A stretch of DNA of 60,493 bases, filler included, from Hausera hauseri (GCA_046269625.1; 11 parts of 11 records of this genome joined end to end with filler, not necessarily neighbours in it), one strand, 5' to 3'. Shown: positions 39,100 to 51,852, counted from the first letter of the whole stretch. Notes: generated by a model from the sequence alone, not told the origin. Program-made: numbers and translations.

Positions 39100-40833
39100 C
39101 ACTGAATTAATCCATGAATTCTGACATTGCAGTGTGAAAACAGTATACCCTCCCCAGTTCTTCATCCTCGTCCATCCTATCCTCATCGCTGTGGCACAGA
39201 CAACAGTTGAAAACAAAAAGAATCAGTTTGTTCAATTTAAGATGAATTGCAAGCACTAAACATATACATAGATAAAATATAAAAGACCATTTCATACAGA
39301 AATGGTAAACATTACCATACGTAAACATGTGAATATAAATAAAATAACTGGGGCCTTCGGGGCATACTCAGCAGTAAGCGTGAGAGCAGAGGCAACTGCT
39401 GCCTCTAATGCAGGTACTGCTGCAGTTTGTACATACGTTTCCTTGGATGCAGCTCTTCTACATGATGAAATCTGCTCTGCTGTCCCATATCTCCTTCCAG
39501 CTGCTCTTGGCCCGAGAGCCAAAACTGAGTGCATAATGCGCAAATGACTGTAGGCTGTCCTTGCTATAATTTGGTAGGCTGTCCCTCACCCATACAATCC
39601 CCTGAAGCCTCCTCCTTCTGGAAGTTCTTGATGAGATACATAGTGTACTCCACAAAGCCACCTGAAAGATTTCACTTTATACTTCCCAAATTGCAGTATG
39701 TATTGCCCCAGCACCTCTGTCCGGTCTGAGCCATCACCTCTCTGATGGACCACAGTCAGAGCATTCTCACGCACCCTCATGGACGCAGACTTGTCCTGCA
39801 GAATGGTGTCCTCCTTGATCCGTCTGACTTCTTGAGACGGCTCCTGGAGCAGAAATCCGAGTGGTGGAATGCAACACAGATTTTCCTGGGGAAGAACACC
39901 ACTTTCTTTTGCATATTGACCTGGCAAAAATAAAATACTTGCATTTGTGATGCAAATACTGATATTGCAGGGTGCTTGCTATAAACAAACTTTGGTCTAT
40001 GAAGTCTTGTCATCATCCATCTTAACATGAGGATTGCGGAGACTCAACATCTGTGTGACACATTTGATCTATAACAGGGTGTTAAAGTGGTCACTTTGGC
40101 TATGCCACAACACATTTTTTATCTTATAATAGGCCTGATAATGAGTTATTTTCCCAGAAATTAAAAATTAAATTATAAGTATACATAAATAATGAACATG
40201 TTTATTACAAGGCTATTTTTTATATTGCCTTAAGTAATAAAAATCTATCACGTTAACAACATCCACACAAAACATTCTTTAAAGTAGACTAGTTAATTAA
40301 ACGTAGCATGAAAGATAGAACCTTTAACACAGTAATACTAGTAATGACCACGTGGGTTTATTATCCATCACTTATTTTAACCACAAGTCGAATGAATTAC
40401 ACCATACAACAACCTGATCTGTCTGACTGAAATTTTAAACGTGGGTCAACATGAATGTGACACACATATGAAAGCAAATATAAACGCGATCCTGTTCGTT
40501 TGCTATTCGACGCGTCATTTCAGTACAAGCTGCTAACCTTACGTTACCCTCAAATGCAAGCCATGCTGTTTACTTATCGTACAGGACACAAAAACAGTTC
40601 ACACCCGTCGCAAACAACACATCTTACCTTTGATAAATGAACAGCAAGCGTCAGAAATCGTAGCGAGTAACTCGTGATCTTTAGTTTGAAACATTCCTGA
40701 GCCCGAACATTTAAAATGGCGAAACGCAGTGGCCAGAAATATATTACATCCGAAGTGGTTTAGCACTACCATAGATAAGGAATGGGAATCCGTTTAGGGC
40801 GTTTAGCTAAACAATACGCAAAGTGAGGAAGAG
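39100..40833 (-). mobile_element. Dada-type DNA transposon remnant (5' part), abutting a split tRNA-Gly
   Basis: Exon ~39430-39920 encodes EVLGQYILQFGKYKVKSFRWL..YTMYLIK..SKDSLQSF.HYALSF. From memory this resembles the N-terminus of teleost tRNA-targeting Dada transposases. Splice donor ~40625, acceptor ~39922. The 3' extent is unknown. Confidence 0.6.
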
Positions 40834-40861
40834 GGCCCGGGTTCGATTCCCGGCCAATGCA
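40834..40861 (+). tRNA. 3' fragment of tRNA-Gly (GCC/CCC type)
   Basis: GGCCCGGGTTCGATTCCCGGCCAATGCA matches the T-arm and acceptor strand; no 5' part was found. Confidence 0.85.
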
Positions 40862-41140
40862 TCTGCCATTTTGAGCTTACCCTAGTGGCAAGCTGTAATT
40901 CAATGTCATATGAAATGGATTCAAAATAGGCAACCATCTTATGAAAAGGCCATTGTTTCCCTGTTGCCAAACAAGGTTAGCCACAACAAAAGTACATTGC
41001 ACTACTTGAAGACCCCAAATAGAAAACAACACATGGCTAGTCAGTATTGATAGCAAATGTAGCCGCAAGGAATTTACCGCTTTCACTATAGGAAGACTCA
41101 AAAAAGAAAACAGCCCAAAAGTAGTCACTATATAAAAATT

Positions 41141-41213
41141 TGTTTCTGCCCGGTCTCGAACCGGGGACCTTTCGCGTGTAAGGCGAACGTGATAACCCCT
41201 ACACTACAGAAAC
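41141..41213 (-). tRNA. tRNA-Val(TAC)
   Basis: GTTTCTGTAGTGTAGGGGTTATCACGTTCGCCTTACACGCGAAAGGTCCCCGGTTCGAGACCGGGCAGAAACA followed by a T5 terminator. Confidence 0.92.
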
Positions 41214-41312
41214 TTAGCTTTAGGCCATGTTGACTACACTTGTGTGTTTTGAACAAAAGAGACTCATAACAGATGGAGGAAGGCAATCGAGAAATTCTAA
41301 AAAAGGAACCAC

Positions 41313-41385
41313 TGTTTCTGCCCGGTTTCGAACCGGAGACCTTTCGCGTGTGAGGCGAACATGATAACCACTACACTACAGAAAC
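41313..41385 (-). tRNA. tRNA-Val(CAC)
   Basis: Cloverleaf with CT-CAC-AC anticodon loop, G:U variants and a downstream T6. Confidence 0.93.
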
Positions 41386-41467
41386 TGCCTGTATCTGCTC
41401 AGATAAAGGAAACTTTATCTGACTTGGTGATGGGCCATGGGCTAATACACAACAAGAAGATTCTCTT

Positions 41468-41539
41468 CTCCTCGTCGAGGAATCGAACCACGGTCTTATG
41501 CGTGACGGGCAGAGATACTGTCCACTATACTAACAAGGA
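41468..41539 (-). tRNA. tRNA-Asp(GTC) pseudogene
   Basis: Second copy of the Asp gene with shared flanks (cf. ~36716-36860); it has stem mismatches. Confidence 0.85.
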
Positions 41540-41650
41540 CACAGGACCTTAACTGCTTGAGCAAACGCGAGTCTGTGTGCCTTTAAAGCAAGGGAAACAG
41601 TAGCATAAGTTTTCACAATCCAAACAAATCCACCACAACACACAAGAAAG

Positions 41651-41933
41651 CTGTCAGTGATGGTCAGATAAACATTGAAGTTAAACTTACAGTTGACACA
41701 GCAGCAGATAGGTCTCTGTTTCCTTTGCAATGTGCAGTACAAAGAGTCACAGCAGTCTGGGACTAAAATAAACCTGACTTGCAGTCTGTCAGTGATGGTC
41801 AGAAAAAACTTTGAAGTAAAACTTACAGTTGGCACAACAGCAGATAGGTACCCAGGTATATCCCTGTTTCATTTGCAATGTGCAGTACAAAGAGTCACAG
41901 CAGTCTGGGACTAAAATAAACCTGGCTTGCAGT
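41651..41933. repeat. Two-copy tandem repeat (135 and 148 bp)
   Basis: ctgtcagtgatggtcaga...gactaaaataaacctg(a/g)cttgcagt starts at 41651 and 41786. Confidence 0.9.
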
Positions 41934-42332
41934 CTGGCTGGGAGCCTGAACTCATCCAAAGCACTTCATACCACTTGCTTGTCTACTCCCTTTCCAGAAA
42001 ATCAAAAGCTCTTTGTCTGAATTCCAACTGTGACACCAGTCTTGCTAAGAGCCTCCACTCATCCCAACGACTTGATACTTTCTGCTGGTCCCCTCACTTT
42101 CCAGAAGTTCTTTGTCCGAATCCCAGCTGTGACATCAGCAGACTCTACCCTCAGTCATTGGAGGATAGAGGTGGGAGGCGTGTCGCTGCCAATCCTGATA
42201 CACCAATCACGTGGTGGCATCTGCTGACTGCAAGTACAATTGCTCACCAAGTTCACCTTTACAGGGCCACAAAAATACAACCAGAAACTGCTTTCAGCAA
42301 TGCGTTTCACAAATTAGGAGCCGTCTACATCG

Positions 42333-42404
42333 GTGCTGGTGGTATAATGGTGAGTATAGGTGCCTTCCAAGCAATTGACCCAGGTTCGATTCCTAGCTAA
42401 TGCT
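42333..42404 (+). tRNA. tRNA-Gly(TCC) pseudogene
   Basis: GTGCTGGTGGTATAATGGTGAGTATAGGTGCCTTCCAAGCA...GGTTCGATTCC with acceptor-stem mismatches. Confidence 0.85.
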
Positions 42405-42637
42405 TTTTCTTTAACCACCAGGCAATAAAGGAAACAAAAGTTGCTTTCATACTTCTTGCTTCTACTTAATCCCGCCATCTCTGACAGAAAAGCCATACGG
42501 CCCAGGAATCCATTTTGTAGGTCGATGACCACTAACAAGAGCAGAAAACAGCTAATGAAAAAGTCACATTGCACTTATTGTAGTTCATTAGCTGTTTTCT
42601 GCTCTTGCTAGTAGTCATCGGCTACGAAATAGATTGC

Positions 42638-42711
42638 TGGCACGTACGGAGATAGAACCCGCGACCTAGGCGTGATTAGCACGAAGCTCTAAGCAACGGA
42701 GCTAACTGGCC
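42638..42711 (-). tRNA. tRNA-Ile(AAT) degenerate (5' part repeated at 36628-36660)
   Basis: GGCCAGTTAGCTCCGTTGCTTAGAGC...CTAATCA...GGTTCTATC; A and B boxes carry substitutions. Confidence 0.85.
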
Positions 42712-42855
42712 ATGTATTTAACAAGTGTTGTGGCTTGGATCTACTGTCCTACTTCNNNNNNNNNNNNNNNNNNNNNNNNNNNNNNNNNNNNNNNNNNNNT
42801 TAATTAATTAANNNNNNNNNNNNNNNNNNNNNNNNNNNNNNNNNNNNNNNNNNNN

Positions 42856-42971
42856 ATGACGTGCCTTCCTCCCATTCGCCAGTTTCCCTTCCCCACCATG
42901 ACGTGTTCTCCTCCTATTGGCTTCCTTCCTTCCCGGGGGGGGTTGACGCCAACTCCTCCCTTCCTACTACT
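42856..42971 (-). mobile_element. Polinton-like terminus (5'-AGTAGTAGG...) inserted in BEL integrase
   Basis: The minus strand switches from ...TPNHFIIAGQ coding to AGTAGTAGGAAGGGAGG... with a CCAAT box and two ACGTCAT motifs. Confidence 0.55.
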
Positions 42972-45900
42972 GACCGGCTATAATGAAATGATTGGGTGTG
43001 AAAACGATGTCGTCTTTACTGTCAGCTGATGGAACTGTAAGTGGTCCATTATTTGTTATTCCTTCAATTTCACACAAAATGGTTTGTAGCTCTTCATCGG
43101 TAACATGAGCATCCCCCCGGATTTTATTCAATGCTCCTTTAACTGATTTTATTAATGCCTCATAAGCTCCACCAAAGTGCGGCGCACCTGGAGGGTTAAA
43201 TATCCACCGTATGTGGTTTTGTTCCAGATTTAATTTTGCTGAATAGTTATCTGGTTGTATCTCATAAGTCTCTTTGTCTGCCCCAACAAAATTCGTTCAG
43301 TTGTTTGATACAATTGTTGATGGTCGTCCTGTTCTCGACATAAATCTTTTAAACACTCAGATGAATGAATTCGTATTCAAGTCCGAAGCTAACTCTAGAT
43401 GTATTCATTTGCAAACAAGACACGTGAAGAGGCAGATAAAACGTTTTTCTTGGACATGCCCTTTTCTTTGCTTGGTATTAATCGGACTTGCAAAGTCTAC
43501 GTCTGTTTTGTCAAAGGCCTTTAAAGGTAACTGAAGTTTGAACGCTGGTATAGGTGCCATCTTAACGTTTACCCCTTTGGCTCATCCTCTTTGGCATGTT
43601 TTACAATAGTTCTTATATGATTTTGTACTTTTCTGATTTTTGGGAACCAATATCTTTTAGACAATTCGGCCACCTGATGGTTTATTCCAGCAACGTGTTT
43701 CAGTATCAGATGTACATCTTTTATTATTAACTTCGTAACTTGGATTCTTGGTGATAGTATTATTAGGTACTTGAATTCCCTGTTCAGCCATGGTGTCGTG
43801 ATCAGTCGACTGTTGGACCGTAAGATGCCTTCGGTGTTTAAAATCGGGTCCGCCTTAAATATTGGACTTTTGTTATTTATAGCCTTTTTTCTTTGAGTAA
43901 ATTTGTTCCTACTAGGAATTCTCGTTCTTGATCTGATTTTATAAGTTCCTTTCCTGCCATGTCTTGGAGGTCTAGCCGGTCTACTTCTATTATGCTTATT
44001 CTTTCTTGTCGTATTAACTGTTCTATTTTCGACTCAATACAATTCCTCCACTGAGACTTCTCGTTCGTTAAGCTTATTTCGTTTTCATCATTATGTATCA
44101 GGAAGTTTTCTACTTCTACTTCTTGATTGTATCTCTCTTCTGACCATGTAAACAGACCAGTGGTATCCTTTCTTCTTTCTACATCTATTTCCTTTAAAAA
44201 TTCTTGGTGTTGTTTCGACCAACTAATTTCATCTTCTGACAAGAATTTTGGTCCATACCACCAATTATGATTCCCTTTCATTTCTTCTACGGATTGGCCT
44301 CTTGACAAGGCGCCCGCTGGGTTCTTGCTTGGTTTTACATATTTCCATCAAAAGTTTGAAGAAAATTCCTCTATTTACGCTATACCGTTTGCTACGAAAG
44401 TTTTGTAGTGTTTGATGCAGTTTTGGATCCAGTGTAATACATTTTTACTGTCAGTCCAAAGTGTAAGCCTTTCATTCTTCTCTTTCATAGCCTTTATTAT
44501 CCTTACTTTTAGTTTGACTCCCACACAATTTGCTAACTATTCTAGTCTCGGTAATGCTATCGATTTTACTGGCATCACTTTCGCTTTAGCTGCTACCAAT
44601 ATCGTTAGAAAGTTTCCGTCCTTTTTCCTTGTTCTGACATAACCCACTGAGCCATAACCTAATTTCGAGGCGTCACAAAATATATGCAATTCCCAATTCT
44701 CATCTTTATTCAATCCTAGGTATATGTCGATCTCTATTTCGTTCAATAAGTAGACCTGTTCCATCTAAGATTTTATTCTTTTCGTTATTTCATCTGGTAA
44801 TCTTTGATCCCATTCATAATTTCCAATCTATAGTTCCTTCTCATCATCTTTCCACTTATAGTGTAACAACTTAGAAATTCCAGGTGATCGTAGATTTTGG
44901 GGATTGTGCTTAGTAAGGTCCTTTTCGTTATTGTTTGTTCGGCAACGTCTCTTTCATTAAACAGGTATTTGTCATCCATTACTTTCCATTTCACTTCCAA
45001 CGTCTTTGCTGCTAATGTGTTCTTTCCTGATACGCCATATTCCTTTGATCTTTTGTCATTTGGAATATCGGCGATGAGTCTCTCTGAGTTCGCTGCCCAT
45101 TTGTGAGGAGCCATTCCCGCCTTATTCCATATTTTGTTTAATCCGTGATACAGTTCTATTATCTCTTCTTCAGTTGGAGCTAAATCTATGCAGTCGTCCA
45201 TATACGCAGAGTGCTTTATAATTTCTGTTGCTTTCGGATATACCTTTTCAAACACTTTCGCATTAAACCTGGACACCAATTGTGCTAAAAAAGAGGAACT
45301 GTTTAATCCGAACATTAATCTATGGAATTTGTATGTAACATCTTGATTATTTTTCTTCCATAAGAAAAGTATATATTTTTTGTCCGCTGGATCCACTGAT
45401 ATTTGGAAGAACATCTCGTGTATGTCGCAAACTAAAACGTACTTGTTTCGACGCATCCGAAGTAAAATACCAACTACGTCAAGTTGTAATTTTGGACCGA
45501 TTTCCAAGAAGTCATTTAAACATTTCCCTCTATTCTTCGCGGCTGCGTCAAATAATATTCGACATTTTGTGGTATCACGATCAAATTTAACTACGGGAAA
45601 GTGTGGTAATAACCATTTCCTTTCCTTTTCCTCTTCTTTCGATATTTCTCTTATATATGACTTCTCCTCATACTCTAATAACTTCATTGCACTTCTCTTT
45701 CACTCTATTATCTTTGTTCAGTTTTTTTATTAATAAATCCAATCTTCTTTTTGCCATCCATGATAAGTCAAAACCACTGACATCTGGATGTCTCTCTGTC
45801 TTTCAACGTAACTTATCACTAAACCTTTCGTTTCCGTATTTTATTCCGATCGTCATCTAAGTTATTCAATTCCTGTCTTTCCTGGAATCCTTGTTCAGCC

Positions 45901-47480
45901 TCCCAAAATCTGTTCCAATCTTCTTGTATTTCATCGATTCTAGTCCAGAATGTTCTAACGTATTTGGTCCTTACCTTTTCCTTTTCATCCCCGATTATCC
46001 AAACGCACGTCCATCCAAGTGGAGTCAATCTGGCTACCGGTTCGTTTGTCTTTCCCGCTACTTCTTTTATAGATCTACGTAGATGTATGTAGTTCGCACC
46101 GATTATTCCATGGACTGATTTCGGCGATTTTTGAACGGCAAACTTTATAGTACTCAAGTGTAGCCATTTATTCTTCTTAATTTTCCAATTCACAGCCATC
46201 ATTTTCCAAGTTGGATCATGGTGAACTAATCCTTCAATTGGATGTTAACCTTCCCGTTCTTACTTCGTAAGTTTATTTTTACCCGTTTCATTTTCGACCT
46301 TGTAGTTTCCCCACATGCTACCATGACGGACACATTTTTCTGACTGCCGACTAATTTTAATTGTTCTACAACAGAACGTTTTACAAAGAATTCTGTACTC
46401 GCATTATCTAACAACATACACACCTTTACCTTTCTATCTCTATTCTCGAGCCATACGCATACCGTACGTAAGGCTATCTTATTTCCTGTTGGAGCCTCTT
46501 CTGATAGCCGAGTTACGTAAGAGCTAACTTGTGCTTCTTTAACATCATCTCCGTATTCATCCACTTCTTTCCTTAGTTCTTCATCACATTGTGCAGTGTA
46601 ATATGTTTTTTCTCGTTTTTTAAGTGTATTTCTGTTTGACGGCAGATCATAAGCATAACGACATTTTCCCCATATTTGCAATTCCCTTTCATGTAGTACT
46701 TACAAACTTGCATTTTCCTATTTCCTTCATTAATTTGCAAATATTTACATTTATTTTTAAATGTGAAATCTCCGCTTTTCTCGACCTCCCAGCATATTTG
46801 GTTTTCGGTTTTGTTCATTGATTTAATACTGTATCTTTTTCTGTTTTGCTTGGAATTGGCGCCTTATTCCTGCTGATATCTTTGTCTACGTAAAAACTTC
46901 TTTGCGATTTTCTTTAAAATTCATGCCCTTTAGAAGGTATATAACTTTTATTATAAGCAAGAAACCATTTTCCAACTGTCAACTTATTTTCATTGTAGGT
47001 CCGATTAGACTCATAATCTTTTCCTGGATTAAAGGTATCTATGCCTCTGACACTTTCGATTGTATATCTTCGGATACCTGCTTCCAACTCTTCCCGTAAT
47101 TGTAACTCCTCAACTGTTCGATTTGAATTATTTTCAGCAACATGTCTTTCCCATAAAAATATTATAGACTCTGGGAGCTTTTCCATTAAACTTTGATACA
47201 ACAACCCTCCACCTAATTCTTCTTTCCTTCCAAAATTTTGTATCCTTACTGCTATGCCATCTAGTAATGCGACAAACAGGTATAGACCTACGATATCCTC
47301 TTCTCTAATTGGTTTGAACCGAATCACCTTAGTCATAAAGGCGGCGTAGCACCGCTGTTCCCCTATATAATAAGAGTTAAGTTTTTTTATTGCGGCTTCG
47401 TAGCCCTCTTCTGGTAGATCAAAATTCTCAATTAACCTTTTCGGCTCTCAACAAAGACACTGGTTTAATTGTAATTCTTT
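42972..47480 (-). mobile_element. BEL/Pao LTR retrotransposon, decayed (gag-pro-RT-RH-IN)
   Basis: LLDNAS protease, TPLGW, LPHFPV..DTTKCRILFDAA, CLNDFLEIGP, YMDD, LHIFCDAS, LPRLE, NPA..SRG, WWYGP.FL, WIFNPPGAPHFGGAYE, TPNHF. Confidence 0.95.
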
Positions 47481-47580
47481 NNNNNNNNNNNNNNNNNNNN
47501 NNNNNNNNNNNNNNNNNNNNNNNNTTAATTAATTAANNNNNNNNNNNNNNNNNNNNNNNNNNNNNNNNNNNNNNNNNNNN

Positions 47581-50500
47581 GTGACGTTTTCAGTGTACGG
47601 TGGAAGCGTTCTAGGAGGCCATTTGATTGGGGATGATAAGGCGTTGTATGAATGTGATGGATCCCCAATTGGTTGACGAGGGATTTGAACAGGTTGGATT
47701 CAAATTGGGACCTTGGTCCCTGATGATGAAACTAGGTGATCGGAACCTGCTAATCCATGTGCGAATAAAAACGTCAGGTATGGTGTCGGTGTTTGTCCTC
47801 CGCATAGGAATGGCTTCTGGCCATCGTGAGGAACGGTCCATGATGTTGAGAATAAATTGATGACCGTTGCCTGGAGGAAGAGGGCCAACTATGTCGATAT
47901 GCACGGACTCGAAACGCGATGTGCAGGGTAAGTGGAATAGTGGTGGCCTTAAATGCTTAGTGATTTTATATTTTTGGCATGCAACACACTCCTTAACCCA
48001 TGCGTGCACTTCGAAACGTATTGACGGCCATATTACTTGTCGATGGAGGAGACGAAAAGTGGCTTTATCACCAGGATGGTGTAGTGAATGTACATGATGA
48101 AATGCTTGTCTGTGCAAGGAAGGTGCTAGAATGATTACTGAATGACCTAATTTGGATGTGCCCAAAGCCACGCCGTCAACGATTGTGCAAGATTTAAGAC
48201 TTAAGCATGTCTAGAGGTGGCTGGTTCTGTTGAAGTTGTTCTTGCGTAAAAATGGGAGAAAAACTTATCGAACTAACCAACCTAGATAAAAAATCAGCAA
48301 CTATATTGTTAACTCCTTTTATATGTTTAATATCGAAATTAAATGTCCACAAATATGATATTTGGCATTTTTGGCGTGTGGAAGGGTGTTTCATGGTCAT
48401 GATGTTAAGTAAAAGCTTATGATCAGTTTACAAAGTGAAATGGCGAGCGACAAGTAGGTGTGAAAAATGCTTTACAGCGAGCAAGATTGCCAATAGTTCT
48501 CGATTAAACGTGGAATATCTTGTTTCAGGTGTTATTATTTTGCTAGAAAAGAATTCCAAGGGTTGGTATTTTCCTTGTAGATCTGGTGAAGTACAGCGCC
48601 TACAGCAGTGGTTGACAAATCTGTGGTGAGAATAAGATCTACATCAGGCTTGGGAAAGGCAAGAATATCAACAATTTTGAGGCCTTCACGTAGCATGTCA
48701 AATTTGTCAACCAATTCAGGTGTCCACTGAATTGGCTAATGTTTTTACCGCCGCTTAGGTGTGCGAACAGAGCCGTTAATTTTGAGCAGTACGGGATGTA
48801 TTTATGCACGAAGTGTAATGTGCCAAGGAAGCTACGCATTTCGGTGGTTGTACGTGGCAATTGTATGTTTTTAAGGGCTTCGACTCGGTCTGATTGTGGA
48901 GAATGACCGTCTGGTGTGATGAAGTGACCTAAGAAATTAATGCGTTTCTTGAAAAAGTTTCATTTGTCGAAGTTAATCTGAAGGTTATGATGGTGAAGGC
49001 GTTGGAGTATTTCGCGAAGGTGTTCTTCGTGTTGTTTGGCCGAAGATGAAACGACTAGAATATCGCCGATATAAGGGTGTGCGAATTAGAAATCGGAAAG
49101 AATGGAATTAATGTGCCTCTGAAAAGTTTGTGCAGCATTCCGTAAACCGAATGGCATAAAGAGGTATTCGTAGAGGCCGAAAGGAGTAGTTACTGCGGTT
49201 TTTTTGATATTTTCAGGTGCTACCGGTATTTGATGGTAGGCTTTAGCTAAATCGATGGTCGAATAGATGGTGGTGGACTTAAGGCGATGTATAATATCCT
49301 TAATGAGTGGCGAAGGATACGCATCCATGATTGTCAGGTTGTTAAGCTGTCGGTAGTCACCGTATGGTCTGAAGGTACAGTCCTTTTTTTGGACAACGTG
49401 TAATGGTGACGATCAAGGAGATTTGGAACGGCGTACTATGCCGGAACGTTCTAGCTCGAGAAATTCGGCTTCTACGGCCTGTCTACGGCGAGGTGACAGA
49501 GGCCGTACCTTTTGGCGTATTGGACGTTGGTGCTGTGTGACTATATGGTGTAGAGTGCTGTTGGCAGGAGTGAAAGTACGGTCTTTTTTAAGGAAGAATG
49601 GACATGATTTGTTGATAAATTGCTGTAACGTTGTAGGTAGATGTGAGAGATTCGGTGAAAGTGGTGAAACGGTTTGAGTAGTAGCGGATGCAATTTGTGA
49701 GTTGTTAGGTGATGTGCAGTCGAGTGGAATTTGGTGCAAGATAATTGAGTTGAAAATGGTGTTGTCTGAAGTAACTTCGCTGAATGGGACAGTGTTAGTG
49801 GCAGTGCCACACTTATCGACATCAAATCTTGATTGTACATCCATATTATAGTTTAAAAATTTACGAATAGAATTATTGTTATAATAAATCAAATTATTGC
49901 AGACTTTTTTAAAATTGAGTTCCGTCCCACGGCCGACTGCGCGGTAGTCGAAACGCTATTAACATGACCAAAAATGCCGCCAACGGTGTCTCTCCTCAAA
50001 CATCGCTGACTGCAGTCAACCAGTACATTGTAATGTGAGAGAAAATCAGATCCAAGGATTGCCGACTGGACGTTAGCGACTGTGAACGTCCAACAGAAAG
50101 ATGTAGAGAAACCAGACAAAGTGAATAATAATGTAGCCATGCTCGAGATGCGCAGCGGCTGCCCTGAAGCAGTATATAAAGGCTTAAGTTTGAATGGAGA
50201 ATTTTGTGTAGGAAAGGCTTGCGGTAATAGAGAAATTGCTGCTCCTGTATCAATAAGGAAGTCAAGAGATTGAGTTGTAGGAGCAGTAATTGCGGCTTTT
50301 AGCGTGAAGACTGCGAAAGATACATGCCGGCATTTAGAGTTTGAAGGAGTGCCTTCGCCAGAGGTTGCCGTGACTTCTGGCGGCGAACTTAGATTTTTGG
50401 AAGTGTGACGACTGTTTGAAGTGAAGGCAGTACGTCCGTCGTTCGTATTGGATTTGAAGGTGCAGCCGTGGATACATTTACGTGCTTGATTTTTGAATCT

Positions 50501-51790
50501 TGCATGGTAAATGCAGATAACGGTGTTGGAGGAAAATTTACTGTTGTAAAATTGGAAACCCAGGCAGCATTTCTGAGCATGTGTTGAATCCACTGTGGTA
50601 GTAGCAGACCGACGAACGCGCAGGCGATGTTGAGCGGTTTCGTGACGCAAAACGGGTACGGGAAGCGGCAAAAGCCTCTCGTCGAGACAAAGACAATTCA
50701 TTTAATTTATCATTTATTATGTTAATAGTTGCCTGAAATGCAATATTTTCAGCTCCTAGCAGATTTAGCTGCTGTTCTATGGGCGTGTTAGTGGTTTGTA
50801 TGTCGTTGGCAGCAACTGCTACTGAAACTACGGGTTACGAATTTATGTTTAGGACGTCGTATGTCTTATCGGCCACTTCGGTCAATTTTTCAAGCGGCGT
50901 GTATTCTCCCACCACGGTAAGAAGGGCCCGGATTTGGATAGGTAGGGCGTTCATAAAATAATGGCGTAGAAGATCCGGGTTATATTCCCTAGTGAAGCCA
51001 AGAGTACGCAAGTGTGTAAGTGAAGTACGTAAGAAGTCACTGGGTTTTTGCGTGCCCAGTGCATTTTCGTTAAAGAAACGCTGCATTACGGTGTCAATGG
51101 AGGGTTTGGTCTGATTTAAGACAGCGTCGAAGAGTTGGGTATAGGAATCAGGGTGCTGAAAGATCTCTAACAAGTTATGTATTGATGCTTTTATTGAGCT
51201 GGGGAGAAGATAGAGTAAGCTGTGGGCTTTAGATAAGGATTGTGTGATGTCGTTAGACTTTAGCCAGAGTTGATGGAAATGAAGCCACGTCTTACTGGAC
51301 TTTTCGTTATCGATGAAGTATTCAGTGCAGTGAGGAGTGTTGGGAGGGTTTTTATGGGGATTTGCATCGATTGAAGAGATTGGCGGGTTTGGTTTAGAGA
51401 AATAGAGGATGGGTATGGATTTTTTGTGGTAGTTGTATCCGTGGTGTTGATAGTTGGTGGAGAATTCATTCCACCACGGATACGGAGATGTATGTTGAAG
51501 CAAGTTCAATTGGGAAGAGAAAATTTCGTTAAGATGAATGATAGCGCCGTGATGAGTAAGAAAGAAGTCAGAAGACCCAAGGGAAGAAGAGATGCGGGTG
51601 TGAATGGTGAAAATGTGTAGATGTTTTGTGTGGGCCGTATATATGTGGGTGTTATTATAAAAGAAAAAGGAAATTGGGGAAGTAGTGGTGCGCCTGGGGC
51701 GTGACTTAGGGCCGACATCGAAGGTCCCCCCCGACCGACCGGCACAGAGTTGGCGGCCGGGCTTTCCGCCCCGGCAGGGCGGGCACAAAA
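47581..51790 (-). mobile_element. Gypsy family A copy, 5' part through integrase core; GC-rich 5' LTR remnant ~51680-51790
   Basis: gag (ALP..LTEVAD; CIYHARFKNQARKC), FLIDTGA, DAYPSP, MPFGLRNAAQTFQR, HIDIVGP. Confidence 0.92.
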
Positions 51791-51852
51791 ATACGGGGCG
51801 CCCGAGTTTCCTCCGAAATCACGCAACGGCTGACTAAACTCTTGAGCCAATT

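Larger units (their letters stand above)
36628..42755. repeat. Collapsed tandem (or circular) unit of 6051 bp: tRNA gene cluster repeat
   Basis: The first 77 bp (36628-36704) are identical to the last 77 bp (42679-42755), consistent with a k=77 assembler overlap. Confidence 0.9.
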
